Source: Ilumatobacteraceae bacterium
GTDB taxonomy: Bacteria > Actinomycetota > Acidimicrobiia > Acidimicrobiales > Ilumatobacteraceae
NCBI GenBank assembly: GCA_963741755.1
Contig: CAVUJG010000021.1
Location: forward strand, 15,653-79,652
DNA length: 64,000 nucleotides
Direction: 5' to 3'
Made by a program: the position numbers and the translations under genes. The notes beneath the pieces are model-generated. The model made no database searches. It was not told where the DNA came from and saw only the letters and a program-made list of their open reading frames with translations. Below, piece after piece: positions 37,063-47,358 of this stretch. Numbering within the stretch: position 1 is the first letter of the stretch; each line of letters starts with the position of its first letter.

Positions 37063-37357
37063 GCGCCGACGCCCGCCAGGTCCTCGATGCTGCGGCAGCG
37101 AAGTAGTACGAGCCGGTGACGGCTCCGGTGTCGTCGAGCAACTCGGCGCGCATGATGTGAGCGTCGGCCGGGCCGGCGTCACGCGGCAGCGCAACGCTGT
37201 CGGCTTCGTGCGGCCGAACACCTGCTGGCGCGGATGTGGTACTCGAGGTGATGGTGCGTTCGGGTACCGAGGGGAAGATGCCGGCGTGCGCGGTGGCCAT
37301 GGTGTCATCATCGTCGCCACCGGCCGCTCGTGGCAACCTGCTGCGCAGACGTCGGCG

Positions 37358-37611
37358 TCAGTCGTTGCGGAGAGCGCGAAGCTCGCCTTGGTCATCGACG
37401 ACCGTCCGTCGATACCGATCTCCTTCGCCCGGTCGTAGAGGTCGTCCTTGGTCCACTCCTCGTACGGAGGCGACGAACCTCCACGGCGGCCGGCGACGGT
37501 CGCATCCGTGTTGGCGATACGTGCGGCCTTCTGCTTGCTCGCCCCGTCGCGGCGCAGCGCCTCGTAGCGATCCTTGTCCTTCACACTCGGTCCGGGATTG
37601 TCGGCAGGCAT
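37358..37611 (-). CDS. small basic protein with Rho-N/SAP-like C-terminus (DUF7218-like), single-nt frameshift
   Basis: The sequence MPADNPGPSVKDKDRYEALRRDGASKQKAARIAN...EEWTKDDLYDRAKEIGIDGRSSMTK continues as GELRALRND-stop only in the frame of ORF 37358..37657. One G appears to be missing at ~37386-37389. Confidence 0.6.
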
Positions 37612-37710
37612 CGTTGACCTCCTCGCTGTCGGTGTCCGAACGAGCGGTACCCGTCATTTCGAGCCCACAACGGGTTGCCGGACGTCGGCCGGGGGTAGAG
37701 CCGTCGAATC

Positions 37711-38974
37711 ATGATCGACGTCCACATCGGTTGGTTCCTGTTGGCGGGCACGGCGCTGTTGGCGATGACGGTGCTGCCCGGGCTGTTCACCGATCGCCCG
37801 CTCTCGCTGCCGATCGTGTACGTGGCCGGCGGTGCCGTGTTGTTCTGGGGATCCGAGCAGCTCGCGGGGCCGATGCCGCTGACATCGTCGTCGGACTCGC
37901 TGACGATCGAAGTCGTCACCGAGGTGGTGGTGATCATCTCGTTGGCAGGAGTGGGACTGAAACTGGAACGTCGTCCTGGTCTCGCCAGCTGGAGTTCGGT
38001 CTGGCGTTTGCTGGCGATCACGATGCCGCTCACGATCGCGGCGACCATCGCACTCGGGGTGTGGTGGCTCGGGCTCGGGCCTTGCGCCCGCGATCCTGCT
38101 CGGCGCGGTGCTTGCACCCACCGACCCGGTGCTCGCATCCGATGTCCAGGTCGGCGCTCCGAGATCACACGACGAGGACGAAGTGCGTTTCACCCTGACC
38201 GCAGAGGCCGGACTGAACGACGGCTTGGCATTCCCGTTCACCTACCTCGCGCTCGGAGTGGCCAGCGCCGGGTCGGTCGGCGCAGCCTTCGGCCGGTGGG
38301 TGACGCTCGACGTCGCCTACCGAATCGCGGCGGGAGTCGCAGCAGGGTGGCTGCTGGGGCGTGGCCTCGCCTGGTTCGCGCAGCGCAGCGAACGCCAGCG
38401 GCGATCCGACGCCGTTCAGGGTCTGTTCTCGCTGGGCTCGATCCTGCTGGTGTACGGACTCACCGAGGCCATCGAGGGGTACGGCTTCATCGCCGTCTTC
38501 GTCGCTGCGCTCACCCGCACCGACGATGACCATCGCGTGCGAATGCACGCCTTCACCGAGCAGTTCGAGGCGATGATGCTGGCGCTCGTGCTGATCGGCT
38601 TCGGCGCGCTCATCGGCGACGGAATCCTCGCTGGACTGCGCTGGCGTGATGTGGCCGTGGCGGTGGCACTCGTCGCCGTCGTCAGGCCGGTCACCGGGTT
38701 GGTCGGCCTGATCGGTTCGCCGGTGCACCGCTGGGAGCGCGCGGCCATCGCGTTCTTCGGCATCAGAGGCATGGGCAGCGTGTACTACCTCTCGTATGCC
38801 TTCAACAACGGCGACTTCGAGACCGGCGCCATCCAGACCCTCTGGGCGATCACCTCGCTGACGATTCTGATCTCGATCGCCCTCCACGGAGTCACCGCCA
38901 CACCGTTCATGAACCGGCTCGACGAACGCGTGACGATTCCCGCTCGACGCCGACATCGACTCGAAAGGTCCTGA
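37711..38974 (+). CDS. cation:proton antiporter (CPA1, Na+/H+ exchanger family), single-nt frameshift
   Basis: The N-part is in ORF 37711..38529 and the C-part in ORF 38108..38974. The join WWLGLG / LAPAILLGAVLAPTDPV is at ~38077-38082. The motif AEAGLNDG is present. Confidence 0.85.
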
Positions 38975-38975
38975 C

Positions 38976-39095
38976 ATGACGTCCTCACTGCCATCCAACC
39001 CGCCGCCTCCCGACGCGCCGAACCGAAGGATCCACTACGTCGGCCTGACCATCCTGGTCATCATCCTGATCGCCGGACTGGTGGTGATTCTGTGA
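38976..39095 (+). CDS. possible 39-aa single-TM micro-protein
   Basis: The ATG lies 1 nt after the antiporter stop, with AAAGG upstream. Sequence is MTSSLPSNPPPPDAPNRRIHYVGLTILVIILIAGLVVIL. It is below the ORF-track size cut-off. Confidence 0.3.
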   Translation: MTSSLPSNPPPPDAPNRRIHYVGLTILVIILIAGLVVIL

Positions 39096-39113
39096 CGGCG
39101 CAGCGCCTGTGCG

Positions 39114-40775
39114 TCAAGCGATGTCGCGGCGATCGAGCGCTGCGAGGCCGGCCGCGATCAAGGCCACTGCCATCGCCGTGAGGACGATGACCGGTGGCCA
39201 CGACATCGGGGATCCAGGGAGGGCCGGGACATGCTGGAACGGCGAGAGGTTCAGCAACCACTGCGGCAGATCGAGCAGGCTGCCGAACATCGCCGCCACG
39301 AAGGCCCACACCACCAGGGCCCAGGCACCGAGCGACCAGCGCGGCAGCAGGCCGTAGATCAGCAACGTCGCTCCGGCGAGCAACCACATCGCCGGCACCA
39401 TCACGAGGCCGGCCGCTGCCAGCTCGCCGACCCGGGCGGCCTCGCCGAGTACGAGCGCCGTGCCGGCGCCCATCGACACGCCGCACACGAGTGCCACGGC
39501 GACCGTGCCCACCAACGCGACCGCGAGGTGGCTCCACGCCCAACGTCGTCGACCGATCGGCGCTGCGAGAACCGGGTCGACGCGACCCGCCACCTCCTCG
39601 GAACGAAGGCGAAGCACCGACGACACGGTGAACCCGGTGGCGAACAGCGCCATGATGAGCATTGCGGTCGACAAGAAGGCGTCGGTCACCGACGCGACGC
39701 CGAGCTGCGCGAAGAAGTCGGCCATGTCCGGGTTGTCTTCGATGATCTGTTCGGCTTGATCGGCGACCAGCCCGTAGAAGAACGCGAGGGCTCCGAGCCC
39801 GGCCGCCCATCCGACGAGCGAACCACGCTGGAGTCGCACTGCGAGTCCGAGTGCCGTCGACAACTGCGCGGTGGCCTCGGGACGCCCGCTGCGCTGCGCC
39901 ACCAGTCCGCTGCCGTAGTCGCGGCGATCCTGCAGCGCCCGCGCGGCCACGACCAGCGCCACGGTGACCGTGACGGGCAACACCAGCACCCACCAGCGCT
40001 CGTCGGCGTAGGCGCGGATCGCCTGGGCCCAACCGATCGGCGATGCCCACGAGAGCAGACCGTTGCCGACATCGCCGATCGCACGCAACACGAAGGCGAT
40101 GCCGACGGCCAGTCCAGCCGCAGCGAGTGCAGTCCGCGAACCGCTGGCAACCTGTGCGGTGACTGCCGCGACGCCCGCGAACACCATCCCGACGCCGATC
40201 ATCGACGCACCGAACGCGAGCGACCCGGCCGCCGGGAGCCCGAAGGCCAGCAACGACACCACATTGCCCGCGGCAATCGCTGCGTTGACCACCAACGTTC
40301 CGATCATCGCCGAGGCGAGGGAGCCATGGCGACCGACCGGCGCTGCTCGCACCAGCTCGGCCCGCTCGGCTTCTTCCTCGGTGCGGGTGTGTCGGACCAC
40401 CATGAAGACGCTCATCACCGCGGCGGCGATGAACAGCCACAGCGACGTCTCGTTCATCACGACGGCGCCGAGCGTCGGATCGTCGAGGCCGTAGCCGGGC
40501 CCGGCCTGGATGATCAGCGCCGAATTGCCTCGCACCGTGCGGGCGTAGCCCTCCAGATCCTCCTGCGTCGTGTAGAGCGCAACGATGCTCGATGCCGACA
40601 CCGTCATGAGACCGATGAGACCGAACATCCACATTGCGATCCGGAACCGGTCGCGTCGAAGCACCAACCACAACAGCCGGCGGGTGCCGGTGAACGACGA
40701 GCCCGGCGACGGATCGTCATGCGAGGCTCGCACTGCCGTGGCGCCCGACAACGCGTCGACCGCGACACCGGTCAT
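39114..40775 (-). CDS. ABC exporter permease (large ABC-2-type, 12-TM-like)
   Basis: ATG 40775 overlaps the ATPase stop (ATGA). The 553-aa protein is highly hydrophobic. The upstream part of track ORF 39114..41516 is shadow. Confidence 0.85.
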   Translation of the reverse strand: MTGVAVDALSGATAVRASHDDPSPGSSFTGTRRLLWLVLRRDRFRIAMWMFGLIGLMTVSASSIVALYTTQEDLEGYARTVRGNSALIIQAGPGYGLDDPTLGAVVMNETSLWLFIAAAVMSVFMVVRHTRTEEEAERAELVRAAPVGRHGSLASAMIGTLVVNAAIAAGNVVSLLAFGLPAAGSLAFGASMIGVGMVFAGVAAVTAQVASGSRTALAAAGLAVGIAFVLRAIGDVGNGLLSWASPIGWAQAIRAYADERWWVLVLPVTVTVALVVAARALQDRRDYGSGLVAQRSGRPEATAQLSTALGLAVRLQRGSLVGWAAGLGALAFFYGLVADQAEQIIEDNPDMADFFAQLGVASVTDAFLSTAMLIMALFATGFTVSSVLRLRSEEVAGRVDPVLAAPIGRRRWAWSHLAVALVGTVAVALVCGVSMGAGTALVLGEAARVGELAAAGLVMVPAMWLLAGATLLIYGLLPRWSLGAWALVVWAFVAAMFGSLLDLPQWLLNLSPFQHVPALPGSPMSWPPVIVLTAMAVALIAAGLAALDRRDIA

Positions 40776-41719
40776 GGCGCGGCTCCCTCGTGACGACCGT
40801 TCGCGGCGTCGAGTCCGTCGCCGTAGTGACGCAGGAACAACTCCTCGAGCGTCGGCGGTTGACTCACCAGCGAACGGATGCCGAAGCTCGACAGGTGACG
40901 GATCGTTCCGTCGAGTGCGCCGGCATCGACGTCGAATCGAACCTGACCATCGTCGACGGCCACGTCGTGGACGCCGTCGATCGTGTCGAGTCCGGTGATC
41001 GGGCGATCGGTGGCAACGGCGATGCTCGTACGTGTGAGGTGACGCATCTCGTCGAGCGTGCCGGTCTGCACGGTGCGTCCCTGGCGGATGATCGTGACGC
41101 GATCGCACAGCTTCTCGACCTCGGCGAGGATGTGGCTCGACAGCAGGACGGTGCGACCCTCGGCCGTCGCTTCGAGCACGCACTCCTGGAAGACCGACTC
41201 CATCAGCGGGTCGAGGCCCGAGGTCGGCTCGTCGAGCAGCAGCAGTTCGGCCCGCGACGACAGTCCGGCGATCAGCGCCACCTTCTGACGGTTGCCCTTG
41301 GAGTAGGTGCGGCTCTTCTTCGTCGGGTCGAGGGCGAGTCGCTCGATCAAGTCGTTTCGTTTGGCCAGGTCGACTGCCTGACGCCCCGTGGCGCCCCCGC
41401 CTTCGCGCAGGCGCGCCAGCAGGTCGATCGTCTCGCCTCCGGACAGATTCGGCCAGAGGTTGACGTCGCCGGGAACGTACGCGATGCGGCGATGCAGGTC
41501 GACGGCATCGCGCCACGGATCGCCGTCGAGCAGGCTGACGGTCCCGCTGTCGGCGCGCAGCAGCCCGAGCAGGATGCGGATCGTGACGGTCTTGCCGGCG
41601 CCGTTCGGGCCGAGGAACCCGTGGACCTCACCGGTGCGCACCTCGATGTCGAGCCCGTCGAGGGCCCGGGTGGACCCGAACGTCTTGACGAGCTGTTCGA
41701 TCCGGATCGCTGATGACAT
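40772..41719 (-). CDS. ABC transporter ATP-binding protein
   Basis: Walker A is GPNGAGKT, the signature variant is YSKGNRQK, and Walker B is [12 protein letters not shown]. Confidence 0.95.
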   Translation of the reverse strand: MSSAIRIEQLVKTFGSTRALDGLDIEVRTGEVHGFLGPNGAGKTVTIRILLGLLRADSGTVSLLDGDPWRDAVDLHRRIAYVPGDVNLWPNLSGGETIDLLARLREGGGATGRQAVDLAKRNDLIERLALDPTKKSRTYSKGNRQKVALIAGLSSRAELLLLDEPTSGLDPLMESVFQECVLEATAEGRTVLLSSHILAEVEKLCDRVTIIRQGRTVQTGTLDEMRHLTRTSIAVATDRPITGLDTIDGVHDVAVDDGQVRFDVDAGALDGTIRHLSSFGIRSLVSQPPTLEELFLRHYGDGLDAANGRHEGAAP

Positions 41720-41764
41720 GACGTGTCCTTTCGGCCACATCCAGTGTGCCAGTTCCCCTGCGGT

Positions 41765-42829
41765 TCACTCGGCCGCAAGCACGTACGTGGTGCCGACGAC
41801 CGACGGCCCGTACCGACCCGGCGCGAAGCGGTCGGCGAGCGCTGCCTTTGCTCGCCATCCAGTGCAGTGGCCGGGGGCGACGATCCTGGGTTGGATGAGT
41901 GTGTCGAGATCGTCGACCGTCGGGCCGATGCGAGGTTCCATCGGGCCGCCCGCCAGGTGATATCCGCCCAGCACGACGTCGATCGGCGCTCCTGGATAGC
42001 GGGCCTTCGCTCCGAGGCAGGCATTGACGATGCCCGCGTGCGAGCACGCCGACAACACGGTCACGCCACGTCCGCGCACGTCGGCGGCAACGAAACGTTC
42101 GTCCATGATCATCGGGTCGGCGACCACGAGATCGCCACCGTCCGCGCCCGCTCCGAAGCGGAAGGAGTGGTGACCGACGAGGCCGGCTTCGTACGCCGTC
42201 GTGCGCTCGATGGCGCCACTGCCGAGGAAGAACCCGTCGCCGAGGAGGTGGTCGTCCGGATGCTGCTCGACCCGTGCGCCGGCCCCCGCCAACGCGTCGA
42301 GGCTCGGTTCCTCGGGGAGCATCACGAACGTGCCGCCCGGCGACTGGATCCCCCGTTGGTCGGGCCGATCCGGATGGACATCGACGACCGTCGGATCGTC
42401 GATGCCTGCGCCGCGACGGGCGGCCGTGATCGCTTCGATCGCGACGGGAAGACCTCCGCTGTGGTCCCAGTGCCAGTGCGACAGGAAGATCGTGTCGATC
42501 GAGGTGAGGTCGACGCCGAGGCGGTCGGCGTTGTCGACCCAGACGTCGCCGTAGGGGCCGACGTCGAACAGCATCGTGTGGCGCTCGTCGCCGATCCGAC
42601 CCGTCAGGAGAACCGACAGCCCGTGACAGGCCACGCACAGGTGATCGAACACCGTGACGCAGTCGTGGCCGGCGTGTTGGCGCACGGGTGGTCGACGTGC
42701 CAGGTGCGAAGCCACCTCCGGCAACTGCGGCACACCGGCGTCGACGCTCGACAGCGTGTCGGTCTCGTTGTCGACGACGACCGTCAGTCGCAATTCGTCG
42801 AGCGGTCGGGATCTGGCTGCTTCGGTCAT
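41765..42829 (-). CDS. MBL-fold metallo-hydrolase
   Basis: GGAGG lies before ATG 42829. The metal motif is SHWHWDHSGG. Confidence 0.85.
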   Translation of the reverse strand: MTEAARSRPLDELRLTVVVDNETDTLSSVDAGVPQLPEVASHLARRPPVRQHAGHDCVTVFDHLCVACHGLSVLLTGRIGDERHTMLFDVGPYGDVWVDNADRLGVDLTSIDTIFLSHWHWDHSGGLPVAIEAITAARRGAGIDDPTVVDVHPDRPDQRGIQSPGGTFVMLPEEPSLDALAGAGARVEQHPDDHLLGDGFFLGSGAIERTTAYEAGLVGHHSFRFGAGADGGDLVVADPMIMDERFVAADVRGRGVTVLSACSHAGIVNACLGAKARYPGAPIDVVLGGYHLAGGPMEPRIGPTVDDLDTLIQPRIVAPGHCTGWRAKAALADRFAPGRYGPSVVGTTYVLAAE

Positions 42830-42971
42830 CGTCGCCTCCGGTCGTCTCCGGTTGTCGCTCCCAGTTGATCACGCCCGGACGAGCGCCGAGGACTCCGTGT
42901 GATCATCGGCGCAATGCTTGGCGATCTACCTACTGGTCGGTAGGCTGCGTTCCACCGCCACGAGGAGGGTC

Positions 42972-44049
42972 ATGTCCACCGACATCAGCACCAGCGTCGC
43001 TCGCACCAGCAACACCACCGCTCGCAATGCCGACACGATGATCGAGACGCCGACGGGTCTCAAACCGGTCCTCGACGTCATCCCCGAGCACTGCTACCAA
43101 CGCTCGACCGCCCGTGGTCTGTTGCTGTTCGCCCGCGACGTCGTGATCTTCGGACTCACCGTGTGGGGTCTGCTGTCGACGAACAATCCCCTCCTGCTCG
43201 TTCCGCTGTGGCTGCTCGCCGGGATCTCGGTCGCCGGGCTGTTCGTCATCGGCCACGATGCCGCCCACGAGGCGCTGTTCGATTCCAAGCGTCTCAATGC
43301 CGTGGTCGCTCGACTCTCGATGCTGCCGTCGCTGCATGCCGTCGAGGTGTGGGTGTTCGGACACAACCGCGTGCATCACGGCCACACCCTCAAGCAGGGT
43401 CTCGACTTCGTGTGGCACCCGCTGACTGTCGAGCAGTACGAGCAGCTCGGCCGCCTGGCCAAGTGGCGCCACAAGCTCGAGTGGGGTCCGTTCGGCTCGG
43501 GCGCCTACTACCTCCGCGAAGTGTGGTGGAACAAGATGGTGCGGTTCACGCCGCCCACTCGCTGGGCCAAGCAGATGCGCCGTGACCAGGCCATCGTCGC
43601 GCTCTACGCGATCGGCGACGCTGGTGGCACTCGTCGCACTCGACGGTGCCGGCGGGATCTGGCAGTGGGCCAAGGTCGTGGTGATCCCGTTCCTGCTGTT
43701 CTGCCAGACGATCGGATGGGTCGTGCACGTGCACCACATCGCCCCGAGCATCCGCTGGTGGCCGCGCCGCGAGTGGAACCGCTTCCGCGGTCAGGTCGAG
43801 GGCACCACGATCCTGTGGGGGCCACCGGGTTGGGACTTCTTCGTGCACTGGATCATGGTCCACCTCCCCCACCACGTCGACATGCGCATCCCGTGCTATC
43901 GACTCCCCGAGGCCGCCCGAGCGATCTCCGAGGCGTTCCCCGATCAGGTCGACGAACGCAAGATCCGCGTACGCGACTACCTCGCCTCGACCAAGGCCTG
44001 CAAGCTGCACGACTTCGAAACCGGAACCTGGCACCCCTACCCCGCCTGA
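42972..44049 (+). CDS. membrane fatty-acid desaturase, single-nt frameshift
   Basis: GAGGAGGG lies before ATG 42972. His boxes HDAAHE and HNRVHH are in ORF 42918..44081. The third box HLPHHV and the C-terminus are in ORF 43582..44049. The join is at ~43612-43622. Confidence 0.85.
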
Positions 44050-44055
44050 CGTCAC

Positions 44056-44122
44056 GATTACATCGCGGGTCTGACCCCTGATGTAATCGGATTACAACAG
44101 GGGTCAGACCCGCGATGTAATT
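44056..44122. repeat. two inverted copies of a 33-nt palindromic REP-like element (type A)
   Basis: Copy 1 is 44056-44088 (GATTACATCGCGGGTCTGACCCCTGATGTAATC). Copy 2 is 44090-44122, in opposite orientation with 31 of 33 nt matching. The pair lies between convergent genes. Confidence 0.9.
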
Positions 44123-44922
44123 CCGGCGGCGAGGTCGATGCCGCCGAGGACGGTGCCCAGGAACTTCGGGTCGCTCCACGATGCGCACGAGTGGCCCATC
44201 GAGTTGTAGACGCTGCGGCCACCTCCGAACTCGCGCCACCACACGATCGGGTGGTCGGGTCCCATCTCGCCGAGGTACGGCTCGTAGGTCGTCTCGTCGA
44301 CCGTGGCCACCACGTTGACGTGCGGGCGGGGGTTGTCGTGGAAGCCGTACCACTCGTCGACGAGCACGTCACGGTCGCCGATGCCCCGGATTGCCGGGCA
44401 GGACGGATCCTCGACATGCACGGTCGCCGCTTCGCAACTCATCACAGCGAGGTCGTCGCTCCAGCGGTCGGCGTCGGCCGGAGCGTCGGCGACGGGACCG
44501 CCGTACACGACGCCCGGACGTTCAGGAACCGGATCGTCGCTGAAGATGCGCGCCACGGTGTGTCCCTTGAACGACGCGCCGACGAGATCGCGAAACCATG
44601 GCCAATCGGTGTCGACATCGGGTGCCATCGACGAGGCCGCGTGGATTCCGAAAAAGCCGCCGCCGTCCGCCACGTACCGCTCGAGCGCTGCACGCTGCGA
44701 CGGCTCGGGCAACACGTTGCCGCTCGTGTGCACGAAGACCAGTGCGTCGTAGAAGCCGAGATCGTCGGTGAACCGGGCGGGGTCGTCGGTGGCGTCGACG
44801 CCGAAACCATGCTCGTCGCCGAGGCGTTCGATCGCGGCGACAGCGTCGGGAATCGACAGGTGGACGAACCCGACGGCGCGATGGAACACCAGGATGCGCA
44901 CACTCGAGCGTTCGACGTTCAC
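44104..44922 (-). CDS. ThuA-domain protein
   Basis: GTG 44922 overlaps the upstream stop (GTGA). The pattern is RILVFHR..GFVH...ALVFVHTSG...FFGIHAAS...WYGFHDNP...NSMGH. The last 5 codons lie inside REP copy 2. Confidence 0.85.
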   Translation of the reverse strand: MNVERSSVRILVFHRAVGFVHLSIPDAVAAIERLGDEHGFGVDATDDPARFTDDLGFYDALVFVHTSGNVLPEPSQRAALERYVADGGGFFGIHAASSMAPDVDTDWPWFRDLVGASFKGHTVARIFSDDPVPERPGVVYGGPVADAPADADRWSDDLAVMSCEAATVHVEDPSCPAIRGIGDRDVLVDEWYGFHDNPRPHVNVVATVDETTYEPYLGEMGPDHPIVWWREFGGGRSVYNSMGHSCASWSDPKFLGTVLGGIDLAAGITSRV

Positions 44923-46331
44923 CGCAAGCGTTCCTTTGCCTCGCGCTTGGCGCGGGTCAACTCGACGCGTTGCGGATGCTCCTTGTAGAACGGGTCGAGG
45001 GGATAACAGCCGGACACGAGGCCATTGCGGGGCGCCGTGGTGCAATCGCTGAACGTGCGACAGATGAGACCGCGTTCGAGGGGGCGGCCTGCCAACACGT
45101 CGGCGGCCAACTCGGGATATGACAGGATCATCCGACCGAGGCCGACCATCGTGGCCCCGCCACCGGCGACAACGGCTTGGCCCACATGGGCCAGCCAGTC
45201 CTGCACGTACGAATAGCCCGAGCCGATGACGACAAGATCGGGATGCGCGGCCGTGAGTTCGGCCGTGACGGCGAGCTGGCGGGCGACGCCCACCAGTGGA
45301 TCCTCCGGAGGCTGATAGCCGTCCGACGGCGGGAAGTACGCGGGACGTTGGACGTGGGGGTTGTAGTACGGGCTGCCCGCGGTGGTGCTGACCAGCCCGA
45401 TCCCCATCGCCGCGAAGCGGTCGAGCAGTGCATGGGTCTCGGCGAGATCGATGCCGAGCCCGGTCCCGTCGCCGCCGAAGGCGAACCCGTACGACCCCTG
45501 CGTCTCCGGCTCGCCCACACCCCCGTCGCCCGGGACGAAGGGCGCCATGTCGAACGCCGACAGTCGAACCGCGATGGCGAGCCCGGGTGCCCGCTCGCGG
45601 ATGCCTGCGACCACGGCGCGAAGAAACTCGGTGCGACCGGCCAGGTCGCCGCCGTAACGGCCGACACGGCCGTAGCCGGTGAGCAGCTCGTGGAGCAGGT
45701 AGCCGTGGCAGTGCTTGACGTCGACGAAGTCGAACCCGGCTTGGCGAGCGAGCACGGCCGCTGCGATGTAGTCCTCGGCGAGTTCGTCGAGTTCGTCGTC
45801 GCTGAACACCGCGCCGGCGTCGGCACCTGCGCGCCGGTCGAGCCACGGATGCTCGTAGGCAGTCCGCGGCAATGGCGTCCCTTCCGGGCGAGACCATCGA
45901 CCGGAATGCGTCAGTTGCAGCCCCGTGACCTGCGCCGGATCGAGCAGCGTTCTCAGCTCCGCGATCTCGTCGACGGTTCGGTCGTCGAGGATCAGCTGGT
46001 TCGCGTTGGCGCGTCCCTCGGCTCGAACAGCGGTGGCCTCACCCCACACGAGCCCGCACCCGCTGGTGCCGAATCGTTGCCACCGCCGCCGGACGAGGTC
46101 GGTCGGTCGACCGTCGGTGGTGCCGTCCCAACCCTCCATCGGCAGCACGGCGAACCGGTTGGGTGCCGTCGTCGTCCCCGACGTCCCGTCGCTGATCACC
46201 ACCGGATCGGCCAGCACACCGGCAGGATCGACGGTGTCGTCGATCGGGATCTCGACGCCGATCGAAGCGCAGTGCTCACGGAACGCGTCGACCGAGTCGA
46301 GCTTCTTGACCTGCGTCCAACGCACGCTCAT
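44919..46331 (-). CDS. NADH:flavin oxidoreductase (Old Yellow Enzyme family)
   Basis: ATG 46331 overlaps the upstream stop (ATGA). It shows a TIM-barrel OYE pattern including VDVKHCHGYLLHELL and AIAVRLS. Confidence 0.88.
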   Translation of the reverse strand: MSVRWTQVKKLDSVDAFREHCASIGVEIPIDDTVDPAGVLADPVVISDGTSGTTTAPNRFAVLPMEGWDGTTDGRPTDLVRRRWQRFGTSGCGLVWGEATAVRAEGRANANQLILDDRTVDEIAELRTLLDPAQVTGLQLTHSGRWSRPEGTPLPRTAYEHPWLDRRAGADAGAVFSDDELDELAEDYIAAAVLARQAGFDFVDVKHCHGYLLHELLTGYGRVGRYGGDLAGRTEFLRAVVAGIRERAPGLAIAVRLSAFDMAPFVPGDGGVGEPETQGSYGFAFGGDGTGLGIDLAETHALLDRFAAMGIGLVSTTAGSPYYNPHVQRPAYFPPSDGYQPPEDPLVGVARQLAVTAELTAAHPDLVVIGSGYSYVQDWLAHVGQAVVAGGGATMVGLGRMILSYPELAADVLAGRPLERGLICRTFSDCTTAPRNGLVSGCYPLDPFYKEHPQRVELTRAKREAKERLR

Positions 46332-47290
46332 GTTCGATCCTCCGAGGTCCACACGTCGATGCGTTCGACGATGTCGGCGAGCACCGCCCGATCCGACGCC
46401 GGCCGCTGCGGAGCCCCGCTCGGCGTGGTGCTCGACGATGCCCATCCACGCAACTCGAACGCCATCGCCGCGTCGTGGCGGTATCCGGGGACCGGTGCGC
46501 GGAACGTGAAGTGCCCGAGGTACTGCAGCAGGTCGTTGAGTTCGTGGAATCGAGGGTCCTCGTTCGCCCACATCCGGTCGCGGAGCGCGAACGCCTCGGG
46601 AGCGAACGTCGACAGGCCGAGCAGGTAGTCGGACCCGTACATCACCATGTCGATCGCGAGGTCATTGCCGGTGAACACCCGGAACTCGGGACGCACCCTG
46701 TCGCGGACCGCAAGCCGGTCCCATTCGAGCTGGCGACTCAGCGACGAGTGCTTCGCCCCGATGCACGACCCGATGCCCATCATCGCTTCGTACGCCGCAA
46801 GCGAGGGGATCCGGCCGTACGGCACGAACATCGCGCCCAGTTCGAACCCGATGAACCGGTCGACGCGTGCGCCGATTGCCGCCAGCGCGTCGACCCAACC
46901 GTCGTCATCGAGCGAGTTGAGTCCGTACGACGGGAAGATCACCGGCGTACCTCCCCGGGTAGCGATCGCGTCGCACGCCGCGAGGTAGCCAGCGAGGTCG
47001 AAAGCGGCGCCCGGCTGGTCGGCCACGTAGGCGCCGGCCACGAAATCGCTCCCGGCGACGACAGCCGTCAGGTCGAGCACCTCGGTCTTCTGGTCGTCGG
47101 TCAGCAACTGCACGTATCCGGTGTCCATGTTGACCGCCGGCGTGAGACCCACATCGACGGTGCGATCGATGTGCGCCTCGGTGGCGTCCCAGTCGATCGC
47201 GCCGTCGGCGGTGTACGGCAACAGCACCGCCGACATCCCCGTGATGGCTCGACCTGGCCGGATCTGCCCGATCACCTCGGTCTCGTTCAT
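46328..47290 (-). CDS. DUF993 / dihydrodipicolinate-synthase-like TIM-barrel protein
   Basis: AGGAGG lies before ATG 47290. The family call is made from memory of the DUF993 pattern and its usual ThuA/oxidoreductase neighbourhood. Confidence 0.6.
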   Translation of the reverse strand: MNETEVIGQIRPGRAITGMSAVLLPYTADGAIDWDATEAHIDRTVDVGLTPAVNMDTGYVQLLTDDQKTEVLDLTAVVAGSDFVAGAYVADQPGAAFDLAGYLAACDAIATRGGTPVIFPSYGLNSLDDDGWVDALAAIGARVDRFIGFELGAMFVPYGRIPSLAAYEAMMGIGSCIGAKHSSLSRQLEWDRLAVRDRVRPEFRVFTGNDLAIDMVMYGSDYLLGLSTFAPEAFALRDRMWANEDPRFHELNDLLQYLGHFTFRAPVPGYRHDAAMAFELRGWASSSTTPSGAPQRPASDRAVLADIVERIDVWTSEDRT

Positions 47291-47358
47291 GGCGCCTCCT
47301 GTGCGGTGATTCGGTCGAGCAATTCGAGCGCCACCGCCGGAACGCGAGCCCAGCGTCA

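Noticed and set aside
39061-42872. Long Arg/Pro/Gly-rich ORFs overlapping the ABC transporter and MBL genes (e.g. 39061..40671 -, 39231..40793 +, 41628..42872 -, 41723..42868 +)
   Set aside because: They are low-complexity, Arg-dominated translations with no motifs. They lie out of frame or antisense to genes with clear Walker, TM or metal motifs.
42830-42971. Short inverted repeats (TGATCA-containing motifs, CCTAC..GTAGG) in the MBL/desaturase divergent region as a TetR-type operator
   Set aside because: The stems are only 5-6 bp and imperfect, and no regulator gene is adjacent. They are indistinguishable from chance.
44923-45897. N-terminal 325 aa of track ORF 44104..45897
   Set aside because: It is an out-of-frame overlap with the OYE flavin oxidoreductase gene. 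ThuA homology begins at GTG 44922, which forms a GTGA overlap with the OYE stop.
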